From Octopus sinensis (Eukaryota), in contig NC_043003.1 of the NCBI RefSeq assembly GCF_006345805.1, forward strand, positions 55,800,001 through 55,864,000: a stretch of DNA of 64,000 bases. Reading direction: 5' to 3'. Below, piece after piece: positions 38,767 through 50,129 of this stretch. Below the pieces are notes generated by a model that had not been told where the DNA came from, ran no database searches, and saw only the letters and a list, made by a program, of their open reading frames with translations. Both the position numbers and the translations under genes were made by a program. The first letter of the stretch is position 1; every line of letters starts with the position of its first letter.

Positions 38767-40672
38767 CTTCTCTCAGCAAATCGTCTTATATGTGTCGGGA
38801 GAGAGAGAGAAACAGAACCAGACAGACGGAGAACAGAGAAAGAGAGATAGAGAGAGTAGAAAGATATTGATATGTTTGCATTAGTATATATGTATAGATC
38901 TATATCCGGGACTTGTGTGCTTCGGTATCATAGACATCGTCAACGTTGCTTATAAACGTTTAGTTATTCCGACACCTGAATTACCGTCGCATTGTAATCA
39001 AGATGTAAATAAAAGAGTATTTTTTACAGTCACTTGAAACCTTGACTAAATTCTCGGATGGAATCACCCGGACAATGTGTAATTTACTGCAATCTTCTTT
39101 TACGTCTTTCTGTCATTGGATTGCAGCCATGATCGAACACCACAGTGAAAGATTTAGTCGAGCAAATTGCCCCCAGTATTTATGCTTTTTTAAAAAATCT
39201 TTGATACATAATTCATCAGTATCTTTGTCGGGAATGTAAACACACTAATACAAATTAGCAATTGTTACGGTGTGTGTGAAAAAGTAACAAATACAGTAGC
39301 AAACAGCATACATACAAACATATATAACATGCTTCTGGATAGTTTCGTCTACTATATTCACTCACAAAACATTAGCTTGGTGCTATAGTAAAAAGAACAC
39401 TGGCGTAGTCGAACTCATCCCGAAAGATGTTGACTGCAAAGCTAGCCTCTTAACGAAACCTTTCTGCCTAAATCAAAGAGAGCACATCTATTATAAGATA
39501 TAGGAGAATTTCTTTTAGATTCCTTACTAATGTATATTAATTCCATTACTGAAAAATACAAGTCAAATAATAGCTATGCTAATATCTAGAGGAGAATGAT
39601 TTATTTGACTCTCATAACAACGCACTAAATGGAAACTGGCTTGCTTGTTCCCAGGGAAACAATGGCGTGCAGCCACAGACAAGTAGAAAACTTGCTGCCA
39701 CACTTGCAACATATATTTGGGACTTACGGTAAAATAGTGGCAACGTCTTTTATATACATACTTAAGGTATGTACTTAATTTGTCTTATACTCACAAGCCA
39801 CTTCGAAAGAAACAGAGTTTCCATCACGTAACTGGAAAAAAAAAGTTTTGATATTAAATCAGAAGGACAATATCTTCAAATTACGAAAGAGTCACCTGAG
39901 TATTTTCTTTTATATAAATCGAAACTTTACCTTGAAATTTTTATAAGTCAGACACACAAGGGAAATATATCATAACAAAATGTCTCTAAAAGTTTTCAAT
40001 ATTATATTCGTTTTATGCATAGATATTTGTTTTCCATTTAACTAATTCTCCTATATCATGCTGTATTCGATAATCTTACATAGTTCATAATTGAAAATTA
40101 AATTTTGAACGGTTACACTCGACTTTCATTTTCTTGTGCATTGGGTTGTTTTCGATTACATTTACATTTTTCTCCCTTTTCTTTCATTGCGGATTGTGAA
40201 CGGGAATTACGTAACAAAGGTTCATTAGATAAGATTGAATTGCATCTTTATTTTTGTTTATGCGTTTATTGATATATTTCATACACACAGACATTTCTTT
40301 CTTCTACGTATGCATCAAATTCTTTGAACGATATATATGTATTTTGGTCATACCTTTTATATATATCTATTCACCTTTACCTAATCAATGCTTCCTTTGT
40401 CTTCCATTTTTGAATGTTCCTTTTGGAGGTTTACCTTTTCATTGTATTTTATCTCAGAATTAGTGATATAAAATTCAGAATTTCGTAATTTGAACTGCCA
40501 ATTACATTAGCAAACTATATTTAGATCCCCTAATTTCTGCATGGGTTTCCATTCACATTTCCCATTATTGATTCCATTGAAATATTTAACTTAATTACTT
40601 ATGCTCACACCCACACATACGTACAGTCATACATACATACATTTATACATACATATGCATGTACCACTCTCT

Positions 40673-40736
<64 letters not shown>

Positions 40737-40782
40737 CACATACATACATATATATATGTGTGTATATATATATGTATATATA

Positions 40783-40853
<71 letters not shown>

Positions 40854-41239
40854 TATGTGTATATAAATATACACACACACGCACAAACACAGTCAATATT
40901 TTAAGTGGGATACCACTTTATGTACCGATGTACCTGACGTGACCGAGATTGCAAAATTGATGCAACGCAATCTAATGTGCATCATCCCACACATAAAGGA
41001 CAGTCATAGACTGGGTCGAAATGATCATTGTATGGTGTAACCCCTCTTCTATTTCTTAGCAAACCCTATTTCTCTCTCATCCGCAGGTGGCAACGGCGAT
41101 CGTCAGACAAATTTCACACAACAAATATATATATATATAAATATAGACATATATATATATATACACACACAAACACACAACACACACATGGTTTACGCAA
41201 AGCTATTCATCGTTTGAAAATCACCGGCTAATACATGGT

Positions 41240-44200
41240 GTCAGGTCTAAGAGTTCCCGAGAAAAAAGATTATTTGTAAGGGAGGTAAGTTGTTCTGGAT
41301 TATTTGTTAGGGAGATAAGTAGAGATGTGAGTGGTGTAGGACGTGTATAGGGGTTAGTGATTTCAATTGAAGAGTTAGTGGTGTTCTGTATTGAGTTGTC
41401 TGTTCATATTTAGTTGGGGGAGAAATTTATTGATGAAAAATGCCTTTTTATTCAACCTTTTTTGCATTGTGGTGTTCTGTGAACATTAGTAAGAGGGAAA
41501 TATTTGGAAATTGGGATTAAGATTCCTGGCACACCTTTCTATATGTTCACTCACCTTTAACTGTCTGTATTGTGGGTGACGGATTTACTCTTTGTGAATG
41601 GTGATTCTTTGACGGAGCGAAATTCCTGTGTGTCCAATATAGAGTTTACCACATCCTATGCATGTCATGACATAGGATGAGGCGCAGGTGAATTTTGATT
41701 TGATCTTCAATATTTCTCCTTGTTTGAATTGTAATTCTGAGCCCTCCAGAAGGTGGGGGCATGTTCCACAGTTAGAAAGTCTACATTTTGTCACTTTTGG
41801 CTCTGTTGTTAGTGGATACAATCTAGCGCTGGTTAATAATTTTTTCAGTGACTTCGCTTGCTTTTTATAATTTTATATAAGCTTAAAATGTCGTTCATTG
41901 TTTTGTCTGCTGTGAGGATGGGAAGGTCTTGGGTGATGATGTTGAAGGCATCGTTGTTTCTAGGGTTATGTGTGGAAATGTACGGGAATATTTTTAAGTC
42001 TTGTTTAGTATCTCGGCTAGTTTTCCTTAACATTTGTATATCTATTTTCTTAGTTCTTTTGATGCCTTCATTTATTAATGAGATTGGGTAATGTCTTTTA
42101 GTAGTGTAGATCTAAGTTCAAGGAGTCTATGTTCTCGAGTGTATGTATCGGAAACTATGGTGCAGATTCTTTTTGCTAGGTTAAAGGGTATGTTGATTTT
42201 TATGTGTTTGGGGTGGCAGGAGTTAAATAATAGGCATTGTTTAGAATCTGTGGGTTTATAAAAGATGTCTGTATCTATGTGGTTGTTAACTATTCTACTT
42301 AAGATGTCTAGAAAAGGGAGTTGCTTACTGATGTTTTCCATAGTGATTTGCATGTTGCTGTGTATGTTGTTGAGCATTCTTTTGAAATCAAGGAGTTGAT
42401 CCATGCTGTCTTTCCAAAGTATGAAGCAATCATCTAAATATCTCTTCCAGTTCTCCTTTAAGTAGCAATTACAAGCGGCGCCATATTTTTCTAGTGATGA
42501 TTGGTATAACTTGAGTTCGTGGTAACCAATTACGAGGTTTGCAATCACTGGAGCAGCTCTGGTTCCCATTGCAATACCGCATTTTTTTCGATAGTAAGTA
42601 GTATCGAACAAGAAGTGATTGTTCAGCAGGACGAATTTCAGTGCTTCAATTATAAAATTGTGGTTAATTCGTACTGGGATGTCTTCTGGGTATTTTTCTA
42701 GCCAAAATGTGATTGCTTCTATACCATAGTAGTGTGGGATATTGGTGTATAGATTCACCACATCGAAAGATACCAGTAGTGTTCCGTCCTTTACTGACTT
42801 TGGGTGGGGGGGGGGCGTTCATCATGTCTAGGTCATACCTGGTAAAGCTTTTCACATATTTTAAAAGAGGTTTGAGTAATATGTCGAGGAAGTTGCTCAA
42901 ACGGTGGGTTTCACAAGAAGGGCCAGCTATGATGGGTCTGAGTTTGAGGTCAGTAGGGGGAGGGACATTAATGCATAGGCTTGTAGAGGCATTGCAAGCT
43001 TCACAAATGAGTGGATTTTTATGTATTTTGTGTAATCCGTAGAATAGACTAGGACTGTATTTGAAATTGGATAAATAGTCTATTTCATATGTTGTCAGAC
43101 CCTTTCCATGAATTTGGAGTAAGGAGGATAAGTTTTTCAGTGTTTTCTGTGGGTTGTAATATGTTAGTTTCTCATAGTATTATTTTCCAACATGGAAAGT
43201 ATTAAATTTTTGTAGTACTCTGTATCCATCAATACTACTGCACTTCCATTGTCGGCTTCTTTAATAGTGAGGTTTATGTCATTTTTTAGCTCGACAAGGT
43301 CTTTCCATTCATTTAAATTAAGGTTGGATTTCATATGTTGTTTTGGAATGGTTTTGTAAGGAAAACAAGTTATATGATCACAAAAAACACCAAGTGCTTT
43401 CTTTATACCTTTTGTTGGATGGTACTCACTTTTGTTTTTCACTATTGAATCATCTTCACTGGTGTAGTTGTAAAGAGCTTCTGTGAGGCGTAATTTTCGG
43501 CAGAAGTCCAAAGTATTGTCCCTAATTTCATTTGGGTTCGATCTGCGTGGCGTAGGGATACATTTTAAACCTCTTGCTAGGATTTTGATTTGTATAGAAC
43601 TCAGGGTTTTCTTGGACAGCCTGATTATTTTCGGTTGGACTTGTTTATTTGTTTCCATTTCACATCTCTGTTTCTCTGGTTTGCGTCTAAAAATGGTTGT
43701 AGTATGTGGATTGTAGTGGAAGGTCTGTATTTTGTTTGGTTTGCTGAGGAAAAGGTGGGTGTAAAGTGTGTCTATGGTAGTATGTTTGTGGTGGAGTGGT
43801 TGTGTAGTGTACTGGATTATGGTTGTACTGAGGGTTGTTATATCGTCTGTGGCTAATGTAGTTTGGGTTTTAATTGATCTGTGGTTTGTTTTTAATACAC
43901 GTGGGGTCATTTCTGTGTCTGCGTTTGGTTCATTTTTCTTCAGGAAGGGGTTATCCGATGCGTTTTCTATGTTAAACTGAGTTTCGAAGTTATTAAAAGA
44001 AATTGGCTTGTTTATCCCAGCGTTGTAAGGAGTTAGTTTCTTAATCCATGCAAGTTGTTTTCCGTAGTTTAAAAACACTTTCCAAGCGGGGACCGTCCGT
44101 AAGTTTCTTTAATTCGTTGTAAATCTCCTCATCTATGTTTTTAACTTTTTGCTCATTGCTTAGTGCTCTAAGTTTAAGGAGTTCTATTTCTGTCTTTATT

Positions 44201-44900
44201 TTTTCCAGTGTAAGTTTCTCTCTTAATTGTCTTTGTTGATCCTCCTCGTTTAGAATATGCTTAATTTGGAATTTGCAAGGCAAAATTATTGGTGTAGAAT
44301 TTAGCCAGCGTTCGCAGATTTCTGCCTTGTGATTATTTTTAATCGTATTCCAGAAAGTAAATTTTCTGGCTTTAAGTTTTTCATTCCATATGTGGATAAT
44401 GCGGTTTTTAATAGAAAGTGTAAGTGTGGAGGGATTGCTGTCTTGTGTATCATCTATAGGGGGATTTTCATTTAGAAAATTGTTATGAGGTAAAAGGTGA
44501 AGACTGGTGCATAATTCGGACAAATGGTGATTGAGTTGTTCCAGAGGATGTTCTTTCTCTTCTTTTCCTTTTGCCTCTTGTGTAAACCAAGTTAGTTCAT
44601 CGATCTTGCTAATTAAAAGATTCAAATTTGTGCTAATCTCTTTCAGTTCCTTAAGGATCTCTTCGTTGAGAGTTTTCGCTGCAGAGTATGAATTTTGCGG
44701 CATTTTCGAGCTCACGTGTAGTGAAATATAGTAGAAATATGTTACAAAAAGAAAATATAAAATACACGTGGAAATATAAGGGTAAAATATGAAAAATAAC
44801 GAAAATGCACATTGCAAATAAAAAAAGGCCATTTATGACAGGTAACGACAAATATATACATTTAGATTGACTGAGGTAGTAATACGAGTAGTAATAAATA
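41240..44900 (-). mobile_element. Near-full-length Penelope-like retroelement (Neptune-type): long N-terminal coiled-coil region, RT, Cys linker, GIY-YIG endonuclease; frameshifted
   Basis: Probable ATG at 44703 (MPQNSYSAAK...). Motifs in order: KIIRLSKKTLS...LARGLKCIPTP; IKEADNGSAVVLMD; VNLYTNIPH; KCGIAMGTRAAP; WKRYLDDCF; LPFLD; FYKPTD; linker KCRLSNCGTCPHL; FTCASSYVMTCIGCGKLYIGHTGISLRQRITIH; SEHIERC; FINKFLPQLN (~41400). Confidence 0.92.
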
Positions 44901-44960
44901 ATATATATATCTATATATATATTAATATATATATTATATATTATATATATATATAGATAC

Positions 44961-45232
44961 GGCTTTTCAATATCCTCCCGAAGAACCTGAGGGACCTGCA
45001 TGGTGTAGATGCGATGTTTTTAAAGTAGGACTGGATCTCTTCCTGTCAGGTGTCCCGGATGAACCAATTTCACGGCAGGAGGCGCAGATGAGGGCAGCTG
45101 CATCGAACTCCTCTCATGTATCAGATGGCGTTGCTAAAAGCATCCGTGAGGTAAAACAGTGTAGCAAACCAATGGCGGTGACCCAGCATGGCCACGGCTC
45201 ATTAGCTGAAACTGGAAATCAAAATCAAAATC
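44961..45232 (+). mobile_element. 3' end of a CR1/L2-type LINE (ORF2 C-terminus plus 3' UTR)
   Basis: RLFNILPKNLRDLHGVD, then after a frameshift FKVGLDLFLSGVPDEP, matching the LFN.LP..IR...FK..LD.FL..VPD.P motif. The 3' UTR ends GGCGGTGACCCAGCATGGCCACGG...CTGAAAC(TGG)(AAATC)n. Confidence 0.75.
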
Positions 45233-45424
45233 AAATAGATATATATATATATATATATGTATTTATATATATATATATATATTATGTGTGTGGTGTGTGT
45301 GTGCATATGTATATGTATATATATATGTGTGTGTGTTGTGTGTGCATATGTATATGTATATATATCTGTGTGTGTGTGAATTTGTGTGTGTATGTATGTG
45401 TGTTTGTATGTATAGGTAACAAAA

Positions 45425-45565
45425 AATTTCTTTCAGTTTCCTTCTAAGAAATCCATTGACAAGGTTTTGATCTGCTTGGCATTATAGTAGAATAGAGTGG
45501 CCCAAGGTGCTACGAAGTGGGGTTGATCCCGAAGCCATGTGTTAGAGAATCAAACTTCTGCCACA
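45425..45565 (-). mobile_element. SINE S2 5' half
   Basis: TTCTTTCAGTTTCC...CCCAAGGTGCTACGAAGTGGGGTTGATCCCGAAGCCATGTG...GCCACAC. Confidence 0.65.
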
Positions 45566-45886
45566 CACTCATCACTGCAGCAGTGCGTGTGTCTAAACAA
45601 TTTGATCGTATTATAGAAACGTTGAGAAATAGGAATATATTTTCTCTTTCACGAAGCTATTCCAATGCAAATGCAGCTATGAATAAGTAACCTCGTAAGA
45701 TACCTATCTCCACATATATATATATATATATATATGTTCGTAAATATTTTTATATACATACACACACGTATAGGGATATCCACTCAAAAGTCGATATAAA
45801 TGTACTCATTCATTCATACAAACACACACACACACACACTCACATATGAATATATATATATATAAATACACACACACATATATATA

Positions 45887-45941
<55 letters not shown>

Positions 45942-47020
45942 ATACACAGATACATAAGCTAATATGGACAGATAGATATGACAGCAGATATGAATATATG
46001 AATTATATTATGGAGTGTCTGGTTATATTTTGATGCAAATAAATGTTGATTACTATTCAGCAGACACTAGTGAACTTTTGAATTCGATTAGCTACATTCG
46101 CCATAATCGAATCGTAATATGGCACCTCTTTTTTTGAGGTAGGTTACTTACGTAAATATAATGGAAAAATAATTCCGCATGAAGCTTTCAAGTATAAACA
46201 ATAAACACCAATGTCACAAAATTACGTTAAGACACAAAGAAACAAAGAATCATCACCGTTGTTCCTCCGAGTGCTAGGTTCCTTTGTTATATCCTATTTT
46301 CTAATGATGCATGCTCATAACTGTGTTTCTTTAAATCATAATATTATGTGAATAAGTCTAACGTCAGTGCATTTTTGTGAAGCAAGAACACCATCGACGT
46401 AAAACAACTCTATCGTATAAGATTATTGTAGAAATAACAACTAAACTCCACTCAAACAACAGTTTACCAATTAAAGCAGGATAAACATGCTTGGAGAATA
46501 CAGTTTTGAGAAATTTATTTGAATTTGATAAGAGATGAGGATGGCTCTGAAATACTTTGATCATATCATATGTTACCTCATATGTGTGTGGGCGTGCGCG
46601 TGTGTGTGCGTGGGTGTATGTGTATGCGTGATGTGTTGGTGTGTTTTGTGTGTATGTGTGTGTTTGCGTGTATATGTGTGTGTGTGTGATTTGTGTGTGC
46701 TTGATGTGGGTATGTTTTTGTGAGTGCGTGTGCTTGTGTGCGTATGTGTGTTAAATAAGACCAAATAATGCCAGAAAAAGCTAGGTTTAGCAAGACCTAT
46801 AGCAAAGTTGAAACCATAGACATTAGTATCGGAGCTGCACAACTAAGGCATACCCGATGAATGGCAGCAATCTATATATTTCTAGCAAATTACTGATCAT
46901 ATTACATAGTTGCTGGACGAACTGGAAATATCAATAAAATCTCCATTAGGCTACCCACACGACTGCTATCTTTACAAACAAATGCATTAAATAATTCTGT
47001 CCATTATATAGTCAGTTAAA

Positions 47021-47243
47021 GGCGGCGCGGTGGCTCAATCGTTAGCACACAGGACAAAAGACGTAGCAGCATTTCATCTGTCATTACATTCTGAGTTCAA
47101 ATTCTTCCGATGCTGACTTTGCCTTTTTTTTCATCTTGGGGTCGATAAATTAAGTATCAGTTGCGCACTGGGTTTGGTGTAATTGATTAATCAACCTCTC
47201 ACCAAAACTTCAGGCCTTTTACCTATTGTAGAAAGTATTATAT
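47021..47243 (+). mobile_element. SINE S1-related copy
   Basis: GGCGGCGCGGTGGCTCAATCGTTAGCAC...TTCTGAGTTCAAAT...GACTTTGCC...GGGGTCGATAAATTAAGTA. Confidence 0.75.
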
Positions 47244-47250
47244 AATACGT

Positions 47251-47603
47251 AGGAGGCGCAATGGCCCAGAGGGCAGCGGACTCGCGGTCATAGGATCGCG
47301 GTTTCGATTCCCAGACCTTGTGAATTTTTATTGAGCAAAACACCTAAAGCTCCACGAGGCTACGGCAGGGGATATGATCCCTGCTGTACTCTTCACCACA
47401 CTTTCTCTCTCACCTACTTCCTGTTTCTGGTGTATCTGTATTCAAGGGCTGTCACTCTCGTGTCACGCTGAATCCCCGAGAACTACGTTAAGGGTACACG
47501 TTCTGGGAATGCTCAGCCACTTACACGTTATTTCACGAGCAGGCTGTTCCGTTGATTCGGTTCAACCGGAACCCTCGTCGTCGTAACCGACGGAGTGCTC
47601 CAT
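47251..47603 (+). mobile_element. tRNA-derived SINE, family S3
   Basis: Head GGAGGCGCAATGGCCCAG...GGACTCGCGGTC...GGTTTCGATTCCCAG (A and B boxes); unrelated body ending GTCGTAACCGACGGAGTGC. Confidence 0.7.
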
Positions 47604-48342
47604 ATATAATACGTAAGAAAAGAAAAGAAAAGAAAAAGAAGCAAAGCTCCCTGGTCTCAGCTGAAACGTTTTTGATCATAGATCGATTCGGTTAGACTCA
47701 ATCTGTTTCAAAACTGCAACAATTGCAATGATGTATATAGGATGAAATCTTTTGTAGGTCTCTTAGCGTGCTACAATAGCTATCAAATCTTCATAAAACC
47801 AGCTTTATGAAAGCAAAACCATATTAGAACGCCTAAATCGACCGAGAGGAAGCACAAATCCAGTCTACCAATCGGCTAGAAACAATACAAACATTCATTA
47901 AATCACATGTTAGACTCTTAAAAGAAATCAAAAACGTCTGATACAGCATTAAGAACGCATAACATACGAAAAGAATAAGATTGGATAGTCAAGAATGAAT
48001 CGCTTTTGATGATAGTTCTGAAGGAACAACAGCACTAGAAGTGAACCAATAGGACAAATTCAATTCGGCTATTAACCCTTCCTGAATAGTAGCTAAATGT
48101 GTCTCAAATTATATAAACTGTCTTAAAAACGGAAACCTCTATTAGTGTATATATAAATTATTGAACGAAGATTGAAATAAAAATTGACGGTTTCGGCTGA
48201 AATGCATTTAGTCATACGAGAGTCTATCCTATAAGGGTTAAATAAAAACTAAAAAAATAAGAGTAACAATAAGTATGGACATCACCGAGGTTTTATAGTA
48301 AAGCACGAAGCAGAAACTACAAAATTTGATTAGTGGCGTCAA

Positions 48343-48545
48343 AGTGGTGAACCGGCAAAATCATTAGATAGTGGGAAAAAATATGTTGCAGCATTTCTAC
48401 TGGTTCCTCCGGTTCTGAGTTCAGTTTTCACCGGGGTAAATTTTACTTCTAATCACTTCGGGTTCTATAAAGTAACATGCCGGCCAAATACCTTGAGTTG
48501 GTGTTATACCCTGAGCTCCATACCTCGAAGTTTTTGGTCTGATGT
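48343..48545 (+). mobile_element. Old SINE S1-related copy
   Basis: GTGGTGAACCGGCAAAATCATTAG...GGTTCTGAGTTCA; heavily diverged. Confidence 0.5.
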
Positions 48546-48695
48546 TTACGCTGAAAACAAATATAATCAAGCGCACTCCTTGTCTGATAAAATTATTTAT
48601 ATTTCTTTTTCTCCAAATACGTCTATATGCGATTAGGAGATTAGACTATTTTCCATGCACAGTTCTATATTCAGGAGATAAGGAATTATGTATCT

Positions 48696-48826
48696 TATTT
48701 ACATTATTTACATTTGACGGATATTTGTCCTCATCTTGATATACCTTTGATATACCGTCCAGGCTTCATCAGGACACTTGCATAAATTTCGAACCTGGGT
48801 TTTCATTCTCAAGGTAATTTTTGATG

Positions 48827-48865
<39 letters not shown>

Positions 48866-48935
48866 TTACTGTCTGGAATAGAACTCGGAATCTTGGGGTT
48901 AGTAGTCCGCGCTCTTAACGACTACGCCATATGCC
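48696..48935 (-). mobile_element. Composite short element: tRNA-like head + (AAT)n + HHR family A remnant + tail
   Basis: The minus strand reads GGCATATGGCGTAGTCGTTAAGAGCGCGGACTACTAACCCCAAGATTCCGAGTTCTATTCC... then (AAT)n, then ...GTGTC-CTGATGA-AGCCTGGACGGTATAT...CAAGATGAGGACAAATATCCGTCAAATGTAAATAATGTAAATAA. The tail and the HHR left half match 20641-20740. Confidence 0.75.
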
Positions 48936-49035
48936 TCAAAACAAGGGTAGAAGAACATCGTAAAGCAGTGACAAGAGGAGATATTGATAAATCGGGTATA
49001 GCTGATCATGTATAGAAAAATGGAGACCACCTCCA
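48936..49035 (+). mobile_element. Penelope/Poseidon-type GIY-YIG endonuclease fragment
   Basis: LKTRVEEHRKAVTRGDIDKSGIADHV*KNGDH fits the L..R..EH......KS..A.H pattern of PLE endonucleases. Confidence 0.7.
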
Positions 49036-49041
49036 TTAAAT

Positions 49042-49180
49042 AATTTTAATCTCCCCCACCACCACCAAAATCATCAATTTTCACTTTTTTCAGATTTTTT
49101 TTTTTTTTAGATTATGATTCTAAAAACAAATTCTGGAAAAAGTGAAAACTGACAAATTTGGTGGGGGTGGAATTAAAATT
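49042..49180. mobile_element. MITE-like fold-back (~140 bp) with ~50-bp imperfect TIRs
   Basis: Left AATTTTAATCTCCCCCACCACCACCAAAATCATCAATTTTCACTTTTTTCAGA versus the reverse complement of the right arm AATTTTAATTCCACCCCCACCAAATTTGTCAGTTTTCACTTTTTCCAGA. Confidence 0.6.
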
Positions 49181-49457
49181 TTAAAATGCTGTTGTTTTTT
49201 GCAGATTCAGAATCTCCGTACTCGGAAATGGGGGATTCTGTAAAAATAAATAAATAAACAAATAAACGAAAGCGGGTACGGTTCACATTCTTTACGTCCG
49301 CCAAATATTTTATAAAATTTTATTTTACAGGACTGTTGAATAAATCTAAGTGAAAGAAAATATATTTATTGAGCGAAGATTAATTCGATTTTTATCGAAT
49401 ACCTTAAGATTAAAAGAATGTGTGTGGGTGTGTGGGTGCATTTGTATGTATGTATGC

Positions 49458-49499
<42 letters not shown>

Positions 49500-49670
49500 C
49501 GAACATTATAAAAGCGAACGCATAAATTATGTGAAACCTTATCGACTCCATAGCTTAACCTGCTAATCCAAAGGGAGAGACGCGCCTACGCAGACCTACA
49601 TATGATGATATACCTATATAAATATATGTACTTATATATGTATTTGTACATATATACATACATGTTGGGT

Positions 49671-49705
<35 letters not shown>

Positions 49706-50129
49706 TTGTGTATGTATGTACACACAAATGTATACCTACAAATAGAAAGAACGATCTACATATATACAGAGGTAATGCATAACTGTGTTGTGTTTAATAA
49801 GATCGTATCTCGTAATATATAGGAGAATATAATATTTCTTATTATCTGATTCAGCACATAGCTTATGTTGCAGTATATGTTATAGTACGGATTCATATAT
49901 GGGATTTTGCGCTAGAAATTTAACTTTGTAGCAGAGTAGTTCGAATCGAAACTGGATATAACTCTCTCCTTTTCAGAGTACGCGCGCGCGAGTGTGTATG
50001 TATACATATCAAGTCAACTCGGATTAATACAGAAATTTTTACGCTGGATAACTTCGTTGTTTCAATTTTAGAATACCCGCCACCTAAAATTGTTCTCCTT
50101 GTGCCAACTATTTTAGGGTAAGGTTAAAT

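Noticed and set aside
48861-48935. Functional tRNA gene (anticodon-like ACT); similarly the heads at 33134, 47251 and 5462
   Set aside because: Acceptor, anticodon and T stems do not pair properly, and the sequences continue into repeat bodies; these are SINE heads.
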